Source: Oikopleura dioica (taxonomy: Eukaryota; Animalia; Chordata). Taken from it: a stretch of DNA of 64,000 nt. Below are positions 15,520 to 27,792 of this stretch, in pieces; position 1 is the stretch's first letter; each line of letters opens with the position of its first letter. The DNA lies in NCBI GenBank assembly GCA_907165135.1, contig OU015569.1, forward strand, positions 11,594,001-11,658,000. Direction: 5' to 3'. A program made the position numbers and the translations under genes. A model generated the notes under the pieces. That model was not told the DNA's origin. It worked only from the letters and a program-made list of their open reading frames with translations, and did no database searches.

Positions 15520-16255
15520 AAGAAGTAGTTAATTCGACTTTATTGAGAATAACTTTCGAAAGAAATCGAAGAAAAGGAATAGTCTTCCTTGATTCCAACT
15601 CAGTGCTTTTCTGATGAATTCATCAAAAATGTCGTGATTTAAGATTTTGCCAACAGACGAGAAAAAATGAGAAATTTGTTCGACATGCTCGTGTGAGTGC
15701 GATAATTTCGAACGTTATTCAATCTTTCCAAAATATTGCGCTCTTCGCTCATACGTGGCCGAAAGCGAGCCTCGCACCATTTATTCTTTCAATAACATTT
15801 CAAGATGAAGATCTTCTCACTCTGATTTATTCGTAAACATTGGCGACGGATATTTTAGACTACAGTTTTACTGTAAGTCCTCGACAAAATATACTTGATT
15901 TAAAATCAAGAAAACTAAGAGTTTTTCTTTGAAAATTTTAACTAAAAATAGTATAAATAATTTAGGTTGATTGGACATCAAGAATCAAAATTTTCGTGCT
16001 GGATTTTCTTCCAAAGTTAACATAGTGAGACCCTTATTTTATTTTCTCGACAAAAAGCTCAGACCATTATCTTGGTATTGTAAAAGCTGAAATTTGAAGT
16101 AACCATCCGAAATAGCCATAACATCGAGTAATTCACTAGAAAACTTTCAAGACCCTGGCTTACCAACGTTCCTACACAATTTGCCGAGCGTTGATCCTAT
16201 AATAGTAAATAAAATAAATATTTTGTGCAATTTAAAAGAGCGCGCGATGGAAGGT

Positions 16256-17041
16256 TGCAATTAGCCTGGCCCCAGAACCAGGATTCGACAAAAATCCGAA
16301 TCCTGGCCCCAGAACCAGGATTCGACAAAAATCCGAATCCTGGCCCCCCGAGCCAGGATTCGCTTAAATTTTTCTAGCCTGGCCCCTGGGGCCAGGATTC
16401 GTCTAGAATTCCCAATCCTGGCCACGGCGGCTGGTAGAGTCAATTTACACTCGCTTCTCTCGATTCTCTCGAAGGTTTTGCCCATTAATTAATAAATCAA
16501 ATTAATTATTGGCTGTAATTAATGATTGGCTTAATTTTGTGGTTAGGGTTAGGGGCACCTCGCAAAATGACAGAACAGTTTCACCCGAGGGGGATAGGCT
16601 AGGGTTAGTTAGGGTTACTGAAGGTAACCCTAAGTAACCCTAGACTAGACCCCGGCATTTTAGGACCTAAGGGGCGAAGCCCCGTGGTAAGGGGCACTAG
16701 GATTTTTCTTAATTTACAAAATTAAATATGGCTTTCCATACCAAGTATTTCCTTGAGTCTTGGTCAATCCTGGAGTTTACTGAAATCCAGGCGCGAAGCG
16801 CACTCCCCGGTCTCTTTTGGTTAGGAGATAGAATAGTTCTGTCAATAAAATTATATCGCAACCTTGATAAGTAAAAGAGTTTCTTCATTCAGGTGAATCC
16901 TGGCCGCCGGGGCCAGGATTGGGAATTTTAGACGAATCCTGGCCCCAGGGGCCAGGCTAGAAAAATTATAGCTAATCCTGGCTCGGGGGGCCAGGATTCG
17001 GATTTTGGTCGAATCCTGGTTTTTGGGCCAGGCTAATTGCA
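16256..17041. mobile_element. Foldback-type element with ~140-175 bp TIRs built from palindromic subrepeats
   Basis: 16261-16433 is the reverse complement of 16896-17036. Arms are made of CCTGG-N8-CCAGG-ATTCG units; a 37-bp unit is exactly duplicated in the left arm; TA flanks GCCTGG...CCAGGC. Confidence 0.85.
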
Positions 17042-17475
17042 TACTTCCCGCGCGATGAAGCGCAAGTGATCTTGGCGGATATGTCTTGTTGAAGTGTCGT
17101 TGGGGAGATGTGGTGTCTGGCGGAGGTGCTAGGCGATTGTGTGACGTGAGGCGGCGGTGTGGTGTCTTGCACAATCTCGATTTTGCTGCGGAAGGCGCCA
17201 CCACACCGCGGCTTAAAGAACGTTTAGAGCGCCACGTTAGAAGGCGCGCGCCGAGCTGGAGTTCTAAATGTACTACACCCTTCGCCGCGCCACTCTCTCG
17301 CCGCGCTCGCAACGTTGGCCCGTTCCATTTCGTCGAACATTTTCTAACGTGCATTTCCATCCACTTCCGTACCAAACACACTCATCAAGCAAAGCAAGTT
17401 TAATTCTTTATTGAACATTTTCGCGCTTCCGAAAATCTCCGAATCCGAAGAAAAGCTTCTTTCTGATTTCTTAGA

Positions 17476-19593
17476 TTAAGGGGGTAGCCCTACCTTATTG
17501 TCGTTTAATATTCTTCATCTTTTATTTTCCTCGAAATTTAACATAGCGAAACCCTTATTTGATCGTTTTTTTTAAATATTTTGACGCTTTTTTTGGTAAA
17601 ATTAAAAACACCAATTAATGAAGTCTACACCCTTAAGACTGAAACGAATAAAAATCCTATCTTTTTATAATTCAAATTAGTTCTGAGAAAATTCGTTTTA
17701 CCAGAAAATTTACGGGTGTTATTTCTGAATAAATTCAAAAATACGAAATATTGTTTACGAAGTATACACCCTTAAAACCCTATACAGCCAAAAAACCTTT
17801 TATTACAAAGACTTTGAAATAAAATTTAAAAGCAATTTTCACAAATAAATAAGGGTATCACTATTTTAATTCTCAAATAAATAAGATAAAAGAAATACTG
17901 GTAATGAGGTCTACACCCTTAAAATAAAGACGCTCTTTGTAAATCCCTTGATTCTGACATTACGAAAATTGATGTAGAAACAAAAAGAATTGATTTTTTT
18001 GAGCGATTTTATAATGAATTTTTACTTTGATTTTTGATTTTGGGGCAGCTTCTAATTACGAAGTGAGATGTAAGGTGAAACACGTGTCTAATTAGAAGCG
18101 GTTTAGAGATTCGAAATTGACAGGAGCTGCGCTGATTTTTCTTTCCGCCGATTTTAAACGCAGCCGCAAGTAGCTAGTCCGCGGCTTCTACTTGCGAACC
18201 GCTCACTCGCATTATCGCACTTTTAGACGACACTTCTTTACAACTTATCCATCCCAATTTTCCCTTTGTTTTTCTAAGATTTGCGTTTTTGTTTGAAAAA
18301 TTCCCAAATTTACGCGCAAATTGGTTTATTTCTTCATTTTCTTAACATCATAGACTATGATTCATAGTTATCTGTCAGATCATGCTGATCCAACATCTTA
18401 AGGGTATCTACAACTATACGAATCAAAGTGCATATACCAGCTTAATAAGTGTTCCTTTGAAGAAAATTAATTCAGTCTAAACTTTAGACTCTAAAGTTAT
18501 CTTAATGCTTTCACATGGATGACAGCACAGGTTTGTTGGATAAAAATGATATGATGACAAGGTCTATTACAGAAATTCTATATTTTCATCGAAAGCCATG
18601 GCCTCAACAACAACACTATTTTATTTTTACATTTATTTCAATTCTCTCTTATACACTCATTCATTTTTATAATTGTTCGGTCAGTCGGGAGTACAGAGCA
18701 TTACTTTCAAATTTTCAAGTTTCATTTTTCAAGTAAAATGTTTGAACCACGATGGTTTTCATGCATTTATTGACATCGATAAATATCTTTCCGCACTAGA
18801 AATTTTTATCAGATTGAACGCGCTAAATTTAGTTCGATCTTGTTCTTATCTCTGGCTTGAGAATATCGTATTGAAAATGCTATAGTTTTTCTAGTTTAAA
18901 ATCACCATTTATTAGAGACTAGACTCTAGTCACTAGATAGAGAAAATTTCATAGACGACGTTTCTCAATCAACCGGTGCGTTTTAGAAGGCGTCTGATGA
19001 GTTGGATCTCGGCCAGTGGATCTGAACGGGTTGGAGAAGCGCCAAACTTGTCCGGCTTTGGACTTGTGCCAGCAGCTCCGGCACTAGAATAAAGCTCATT
19101 ACGATCTCCGACCAGTAGCTCCTTGTGCAAAATGCAGCGAAACTTATCGAAAACTCGATCCATTTTCATTTTCATAAAGCAATTTATCAAAAGCGGGAAA
19201 TAGACATCATGCATTGCCAAAATCTACCGTCTTAGATTACGACACGTTGTTTATTTTTAGTGACATCTCTATAAGTGTCGAGAGTTTCTTGTTTTTCGCC
19301 AAAACATAGTTATTAATTGTCTTCTTCGTTTTAAACTTACGTGCGAAAATAGCGAATATTACGGAGATATCCTTAAGTTTTTAGACCAAAAACACGCTGT
19401 ATTCAAAGCGAATCGATATTGTTTCATTTCGGCTTTTTTGAAGGTATACCCTTAATCAAAAAACTTGAAAATTGTAAGTTAATCTTTTTAGAAATTTGTT
19501 GGGATACCCTTAATGTTTTTAGTTAAAAATTTTATCGAAAAGAGTGTGAATCATTATTACGTCTTTTTTGCCTTTTCGAAGAGATACCCTTAA
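17476..19593. repeat. Cluster of TTAAGGG / CCCTTAA terminal-like motifs
   Basis: TTAAGGGGGTAG at 17476; (C/A)TACACCCTTAA at ~17625, ~17764, ~17911; TTAAGGGTATC at 18398; (G/T)ATACCCTTAA at ~19445, 19503, 19583. Confidence 0.5.
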
Positions 19594-20733
19594 ATTAAAA
19601 AAATGAATAAAAAAGGGTTGATCCTGTAATTTTTCAATGAAGGGTAGAATTTTCTAAAATTGACTGTTGTGGAGAGATAGAAAGCGCTTTTTGAAAGTAG
19701 TTATTTGAAGATGATGGAGTGCATCTTTGGTTGTTGTGTTTCGTAACGTAAACTGACTGGAGCAAGCGAGAGTGGCGGCGGCTGCGGTGTGGTGCTGGTG
19801 GCGTTCGGTGGAGTACTCGGGTCAGGTGGCGCGAGCTGGGGCTGGTAAATTCGTAACGCGTAATGGAACCCGCTGAAAATTCTAAACGCGCTCTAAACGA
19901 ATAGAATGACACGCGCTCGCCGCTTCATTCACGCCGTCGAACACTCTTACTGTAACTCTCTTCTACGCGCTTGCACTTCGAAAAAACTTGGCTCAAGAAT
20001 TTGCCAAACTCTTGGAGGTAAAATCCACTGTAGAATTGCATCAATTTATTTTGAAAATGACTGAAGAAAAAAAAATATCAAAATTATTTTTAAACTAATA
20101 AATAAAAAAATGAAAATTAATATTTTTACAAATGATATTTAGTATCATTTGATCAAAAAAATTATTAGTCAATTTCAAAGATAAAATTAGTAAAACGACT
20201 TAATTTATTTTCAAGCCTAAGTGTCAGGATGAATAAGTTGACACTCGTCACGTGAAAGTTCAAACGACAGTAATGATCTGATTTAGTTACTGTGACTAGA
20301 GAGTGTTTCTTTTTCCCACGGCGTAAAAAAGGGAGTCCTTGCGCCCGCGGGGGCTTCCCAGCGCGGAGTCGCGGGTAACTCAGCGACTCAGCGCGGCTTC
20401 TTCTTTTTACAGTTGTTGTGCTGGACTGTTTCTGTTTGTGTGTCTGTGCCTGAACTATGCGCAACTCGCAAGATAGAAGCGTTGCGCCCATTCTAGCGCT
20501 GCAAATTCCAGCGAGGGGTGAGCACGATTCCTTACCTTATAAATCTGGCACTTAGCACCTGTGTCTCTCTGAGTTCGCCCTATCAAAGTTCTTTTGTCAA
20601 CCCTCATTAAGTCCATCAGTCGCTGTCTTTTGTGTACGCTTCTATAAATAAAAAAAAGAACTTTTCTTTCAAACTTTTTTTTACAAAGAATTATTCTTTC
20701 GCGTTTTTCATTTTCATTCCGAAAAAAACAACA

Positions 20734-23015
20734 ATGACTTCGAGAGATTTACATCAAGCAATCATCGACGGAAATTTCACCACTGGCAGGTTAAAAATAA
20801 CTTTTTTTTTTCAGTGAACTGATAGAATAGATTGAAAATTATTTTGGCGAAGCCGATTTGCGGCTTTGTTTTTGAGAAAGCCGCGACGCGGCTTTTATAC
20901 AACCATTTCCATTACCCTGACACAGCTTGCCGAGCCCATGGTAAACCTTTTACTTTATTCACCAAATATTTTGTAGACGATACATTGGGCGATGTTCAAT
21001 GGTTTTCCGAGGCAAGAAAGCCTGTCACGTGGCCTGTGGAGATACTTATACAAAGCGCGGTACGACAACAGTCCAGTTTCTCGAGTCGCTGGAATCGAAC
21101 GGAGCCGACCTCGAAGACCCAGACGAAGATGGATTCACAACGCTTTTACTCGCCGCGCTCTTTCACTGCGACCCTGGGCAAGGCTGCGAAAAAACAAGTT
21201 CCACAAGTTACGTAATGGAACTCACTCAACCCGTGAGAACTCTCTATCATCCTTTGTGCCAATCAGATAACTCACCATTGTGAAACGTGTTGAGCAGCCT
21301 TACGCAGCCCTGTCGTCGCCTTCCTCAATTCAAAGGTGCCAGCCGTCGTCGACAAAACTGATAAAACTGGACGCAACGCTCTTCATCTATTAGGCCACGG
21401 GGATTTCAAGCTACAGTAATTTTCACCATTAGACTATTTTCGTTTTTTACGAATAATATAAAAGCTTACATTATCCTCTATCAGCGCTGAATGAAAAGCT
21501 AAAAGCCACGGTTCATAAGTTCAAATTGTTCAGTAGTCGCTCTCGAAGGAATGAGTGACAGTAGTTGAACCGACAGAAAGATACTGAAACAATGCTGTTG
21601 GCAATGGACGAGCTGCTGCCGAATATATCGCTCGATGCCCAGGTCCAATTAATTTCTTAGAATCAAGCGTTTCATCGAAACTTTCAGGACGATCTGGGCA
21701 ACACTGCTCTGCACTATCACGTGACTGCCAAAGGAGCCTTCGCAGTGGAAGCCTGTCTTAAGCTTCTGCAAGCAGGCGCCGACTTCCGCCTCAAGAACAA
21801 GAACGGCCAGGAGCCGCTCGAGCTACTCGAAAGCAATGAAAAGCTCTCAACGAAACAGCTCGACCAGGTCAAATGCGAGATCTGGGCGAGAATGGACAGA
21901 AAAGAACAGACGCAAGAGCTCCAGAAAAGTCTTGAGGATGTTGAAGGTTTCCGCCAAAAAATATCTGAAAATCTTAATTGTATTTTTAAGCTGAAAATTC
22001 GGAACCAGAACCGGAGCCGCCAAAACGTCGGGCATCAATTTTCGATGACTTGCCTAAAACGATTCTGAAAGACACTGTTGAAATCTTCAACGATGAGCCG
22101 CTAAGCAAGAAACTTGGAGACAAGGAAGAGTATTCTGATAGCGAGGGAGAGGGGGAGGAAGAAGAAGAAGAGCCTCTTTCTGATTCCTGTCTTGATTCTG
22201 AGCCTGAACTGGTTGACATTGACAGTGAGCCTGAGCAGCTTGAAAGCAGTTTTGAAAGTCGAAAGAATGAGAATGAAGAGAGTGAGGAAATAGTTCCGGA
22301 AGTATTTGTTTCTGAATGCGCTTCCCCTGTTTCTGAAATGGCACAAACTGAAAGTGTGCCATCTCAGCTTCCAGCGCCCGTCTTTTTGAAGGAGGAGCAG
22401 TTCTCCTTCTCCTCAAGTTTAAAGGTGTGTGCGAGTTAAACTTGAGCGGTGGCGAGACGGCCATTTTAAGGACTCGATTTCAGGCAGCTTCGAGAGCATT
22501 CCGATCAACTCGGAGGACGAAGAAAGCCCGAGTCCGGAGCCCTCGCCCAAGCAGATGCCGAAAATATACAGCCAGGTTTATATCTACAGAAGTAGCTAGG
22601 TATTTATACATTTTATAGGCGTATTGCTGTCCTTCCGGCGTCAAGAAGGTTAAAATCGATGGTCCGCTAGCTTCGCATGAGCACTTGGACGAGTGGCTCA
22701 ACTCGCAGACTTGGCAGGGATGTCGCAAAAACTTTTAAAAAATAGCAACAGTTTACGATTGATTTTGCGACTTTTTAAAAATAGGGACAAGTGATAAGCA
22801 AATTCAAGCAGCTGAGCTTGTGCAACCCGGAAAACTGGATCGGAGGCAACAAGTCTGACGGTGAGAGTTTATAGCTTGGGTATTGCAGTTTGATTTTTTT
22901 TTCAGTGATGAAATGGGTCAAATCGAAGGATGGTCGATCACTGCATCTTCAAGATCGCCAGCTTATCAAATCGGCAACGTCTCGTTGGAATAAAATATAC
23001 AAGATTTCTGTATGA
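20734..23015 (+). CDS. Ankyrin-repeat protein with acidic region (possibly disrupted)
   Basis: Ankyrin motifs GADLEDPDEDGFTTLLLAA, DKTGRNALHLL, DDLGNTALHYHV, GADFRLKNKNGQEPLEL; acidic tract at 22050-22420. There is an in-frame TGA at 21291 and one splice phase could not be resolved. Confidence 0.7.
20845..20938. mobile_element. MITE family A half copy in ankyrin intron 1
   Basis: ttggcgaagccgatttgcggctttgtttttgagaaagccgcgacgcggctttt...cttgccgagccc matches the right arm of 15281-15519. Confidence 0.65.
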
Positions 23016-23490
23016 AAAAAATAAAATTTGATAAAAACTCTCTCCTAGAAATTTTTTCTCCAGAATTTTTGTCCATATCAACACCCCGAAAGAGCAAAAA
23101 TAATCTCGTCAGATTTAAAAACCGGTTCAAGGCTTGAACTTCAAGCTTGATTTGAATACCAACACGGCTTCCACTAATTCCCTTCTGGGTTTCTCTCCCG
23201 TCAAGAAACGAATTGCGGCAGATTATCGTTATAACGAGCAGAGTGGAGGACTTTCAGTAGAAGTCGATCTTATTCACTTTCGCACTTGAGCTTGATTTTT
23301 ATCGATGCGATCGAGGATCGAGGAAGGGGTTCCGTATATCGAAGAGGCTAGGCCGCCAAAACTTAAAAGATCGAAGGGCCAGCGGCGAAAGGAAACTAAA
23401 TTAAGCCGAATAAAAGTTCAGGTATTTGAGTAACTTGCTAAGACGGCAAGGAAAAAAATCAAGCATTTGAACTAAAATTGAAACCAGTGT

Positions 23491-26400
23491 TTGGACTGCA
23501 AATGCTTTGGAACGTTGCGAAAGCTCGGCGAGAAAGTTTATCTCCACACCGAAGAGATTCTCTCCACACGAAACATCCATACGCAGAAGAAAGATTTGAC
23601 GAAGAAAACATGGAAGAAAAAGGTCACAGGAGTAAGACTGGCTAAGCATGGAAACGCCACGGATAGACAACAACGCAGTTACCTAGTACTTGGCTTTCTT
23701 TTCTGGATGACTGTCATACTCATAGGTAATCATGAATTCAAGGTAAACAGAGTGAATGAAATTTTGCTTGGCTTCGCAGCTTTAAAATGTCAGGCCGTTT
23801 CTAGTTCGTAAAATCGCTTACTTTCAAGATATCCATCGTCAGTAAAAATTCAAAACGCTATCTAATCGTTTTAGCGAATTACGCCTCCTTGGAGAAATCA
23901 AAACTACAAACGACTTTTCTGACGTCAGTTTGCCACAGAAACTACAAACACTGCGTGAAAATCGAATCAATGGGTCTCTGCGGCCATCTAATGAAGCAAT
24001 GTCACGAAACGCAAGAATTCATCCTTCCAGAGCCAGTTTCCCTTATCAAGGCAAAAGAGACTGAGCTGGTCAAATTCTCGGCAGAAGAAAATAAAGTGAA
24101 TCTGCGCCGCTGCAAGAAGAAAAAGTTCTTCGACCAAAAAGTCTGCCGCCATCTTTGCTCAAACTCGCTGAATTTGGAATCAACGAGGACTCACTCGATT
24201 TCGCCCTGCGAATCAATTTGCTTCGAGCTGACCCGATCTTTCAACTCTGCTGGAGATATTTGTCCAACGGAGAAATATTGCAAAAATGGATGTCCCTGTC
24301 CTTTCTATAAATGCGAAAAGACTCATAAGGACCAGAAATTCGTCCCCGTCTTTGATTTAAAAAAGGATGATTACAGTCGAAGAAAAGATCAAAAAGAAGA
24401 GACTAAAAGCATAGTAAAGAAAGAAGCCGTTCAGTTGGTAGATTTTTCTGAAACTCAAGCTTCAAAGAAAAAGAGCATCGTGTTTTTGAAAGGCGAGTCT
24501 TTCGACCACTATGAACGTTTTCATTTTTTTTTCTTCAAAACACCAGTATACCAGCAAAAATGAACACATCAAGGCAATTGGCGCTACGTTTCTGGATGGA
24601 GAACACTATTTGGTCGACCAAAGAGGAAGTTTGATGCGAGTCAGTGAAAACGGAACGGCCTCTCTATTCATTGAAAACCGTTACATTGTCAGGTTAGCCT
24701 TTAATGAAAGGGATAAACTGATCAATCATTTGCAGAACTGGCAATTTTGCGTTTCATTACGGCTCTTCCATTGGAACTCACGAAATCACAATCAGAAATG
24801 AGGAGAAAAATTCGACCGCTTTCCCGGTTGTTGTCATCTGAAAATGGTGCGAAACAAATAACGATAAACCTGTAGCTTAAAACATTCGTTTTATCCATCA
24901 TTTTCGACCATAAAAAGCTCTCCAAGCGGCCGTCCAGACAAATGTTACTATTATGCACCGGATTATAATCTCAACAGATTCGAATCCGCCCAAGGTAAGG
25001 AATCGCTTCTTCCATGGATTCTTACATTTCAAGGCTACATCGCGAGCAACCACTTTAACGCCAGAATGTCTTCGGTCAGCTTTGGCGGAACATTGTTCCT
25101 GATGAGCGTCAGACTCGGCGTTAACTGGATTACACTGTCGAAAACGGTCGCTCTGAACTCGATTCGATCGACGGAAGAATTGGAGAAGGGCTGGCGAAAG
25201 GATGAAATCGCGGTTCCAGTAATGTTCAGGGACTTTGACCCTGTTCACGTGATCCCTCTGGAATGAGTTCGATAAAATTATTATTCATTCTTTGAAAAGA
25301 GTTTGGGAACTCAGTAAAAGATCGATCTCGGCCAATTAATGCTTATTCTCGTTACCAGGAGCATCGACTTGTCGAGCATGCAATACTCTTTATTACTCGA
25401 GAAAGAAGGAAAATTTCTGAGCTTAGCCAACGAGTGGATCGGCTCCTTGGTCAAATACGAGCAAGAGTCTCTTTGCTTCTCTTCCTTACTCGCCCCGAAT
25501 GATTTTGCTTACTCGAATCCATTCGGAAGCAACAACGATGAGTGCGAATATTTCATAAATGGCTTCTTGAACAATGATCGTATTTACCTTCAGAATCTCG
25601 TTTTTGATACCACTTTTGAAATTTACTTCGATTTCGGAAAGGATCTTACTTTATTTTAAAAAATACTGATTTTTAATATATTGAACATATTGATCCCAAA
25701 AACGAACAAATTGAGATGGATTTTCAGCAGCAAAAAGCCATGAAGAAAATGCACGTGACAAGTAACCCGTTTTTCGCGTTTCATGATGACGTCTTTCCCA
25801 ACTTTGCTAAAAACGCTGTTGGGGAAGTTAAGAAATTTCCACAGTCAGTTGAGGCTCTTGAATAATCAATTATAAATGAACTGTTCATGATGAACGTACA
25901 ACCTGCATTGTAACCGAAGGTAAGAGCCTTGATTAAAGCAAGCAGTCTATCTCCGCCATATCCTCTCGTAATTATTCCGAATTCTGGTTTTACCTCTTTC
26001 GACGAGTCATTATTCCACATTTCTTCAATTGAACTCGACTTTAACCAAAAGTTAAAATTAAACTTTGAAATAAAGGAAAGAGTCTCAAACAAAATCAAAA
26101 CTTTTCGATAATCGTAATTACCGTTAAACGCTTTTATGAGGCTCTGAAGAAAAATTCAAACTTGCCAAACAAAGCAGCCAAAATCCTCGAGTTCCGATCA
26201 TTCAGCGAGCAATCGATCTTTGCAGTTGAAATTTTTGATAACAGCTCAATTGGAATTTCATCCGAATTTTTCGATAAAACGATCGTCTTGGAAACTCGTT
26301 TGAGCTTGCACTGGACGTCTTTTGAACTGATTTTCGATGCCCAAGGAGACTCGTCAGTGCTTTTGATTATAAAGAATAAAGACAAGAAAATTGCAAAAGA

Positions 26401-27542
26401 AGAAATGAAGGAACTTCGAACGCTGAAAGAAAAGCGAATACGAGTGTTTAAATTCGACAGGCGAACTGAAATCAGAAACGTCTATTTCTTTGAGCATAGA
26501 CCGAGTCAGATCCATGTCATCATACATGAACGGAATTTGAATAATTACGTACAATATTCTCTTTCTGGGGACGGCGCTAGAAACGACAATGCGAAAATAG
26601 TTATTTCGAAGAATATTTATGCATCTAAATATGAACTTATCAATGGTCGATTGCATCTTTTCGGTGGCTGGGAGGACGGATTACGAGTAAGTCATGATAT
26701 CATCATTAATAATTTATAAATTTTAAGATTCTAAGAATAGATAGATGCAGTCTTACTCTTCTTCCGAACCGGCTACTGGGAGACTATATGGTCGGGGCTA
26801 CACTGTCGATTTCGGATGGAAGTGAAGGTACTACGCGAAAATCCTTGATTGCTGATTTATGATTTTTAAGCTCTGCTTTGTTTCGATTGGTATACAAACA
26901 AAATGTGCGAAGTATTCGATGGCACTGTTACTAGAGAGCTTTCATTCACCCCAAACTATGGACACGTGCATGCCGGCATTGCCTTTTATAAGGGATCGCC
27001 TACAGCAGTCGGCGGTCGGAATACTCGTCCGGGATCGACTGAAAAACTCACGAATGATGGCTGGGAAGAACTTCCTACACATCCAAGGCCAATAAGAGAT
27101 CATTCTGTTATTGGCTTGCCGTCTGGATCAATCATCACGATAGGCGGCTTTGACGACCACGTTTATTTGTATTTAGCAGAAGTTTGGCTGCTCAACGGAG
27201 TCGCTTGGGCGAAAATGAAAAATCTGCTACAGGTGAAACAATTTCAGAGTTTTTTCGAGATTTGAAATCTTTAATTCTTCAGCCATGTTATCGGGGATCA
27301 TCAATTCTATCAGAAAACACGATTTATGTTTTTCCAGGGGAAAGTAGGGCATCCACTCGAAACGTGCAACGCATATCACTAGGAACAGTTGACCAACTTT
27401 CTATTCCCAAAGACTTGCTGCTTGTTCAACTGATAGCAAAGATGGCGACGATATTGCCAAGGTAGAGACTATTGGGTATCATGAGAAATTTGCAACTTAT
27501 CCGATTCTCTTCGTGACGCCGATGAATTATTGTAGTCTGTAG
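23491..27542 (+). pseudogene. Decayed Cys-rich (C-x-x-GCPC) / kelch-like beta-propeller locus
   Basis: CPTEKYCKNGCPCPFYKC motif; kelch-like blades (PTAVGG, IITIGG, AEVWLL) ending YPILFVTPMNYCSL*. A frameshift lies in a T9 run at ~24524-24532, with in-frame stops such as TGA 24839. The 5' boundary is uncertain. Confidence 0.6.
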
Positions 27543-27792
27543 AATCTACATCTGTGGAGTATTCTGAATACTGTATTCATTCTTTATTCCAAACTGATAG
27601 TTCTGTTAATCAAAATTAATTCTCATTATAAAATGCACTTCCCCTGCGCTAACAAAAATCTTTGGTACGTGCTTGATTTCTTGACTCGACGTCAATAAAC
27701 CTGACTGTCTGCTCTGTTTTGTTGATCTTTTTTATTAACGCAGAAATCGTCGTTTTCCGTGAATGAACAGAAATAGAAATTATACGCCCGGT

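Noticed and set aside
16261-16433. CRISPR-like array of palindromic repeats
   Set aside because: The spacers are repeated rather than unique, the array is mirrored at 16896-17036 as a TIR, the context is eukaryotic and no cas genes are present.
18969-19220. 83-aa minus-strand ORF in the repeat-rich intergenic region
   Set aside because: No homology or splice evidence; an equally plausible short ORF lies on the other strand.
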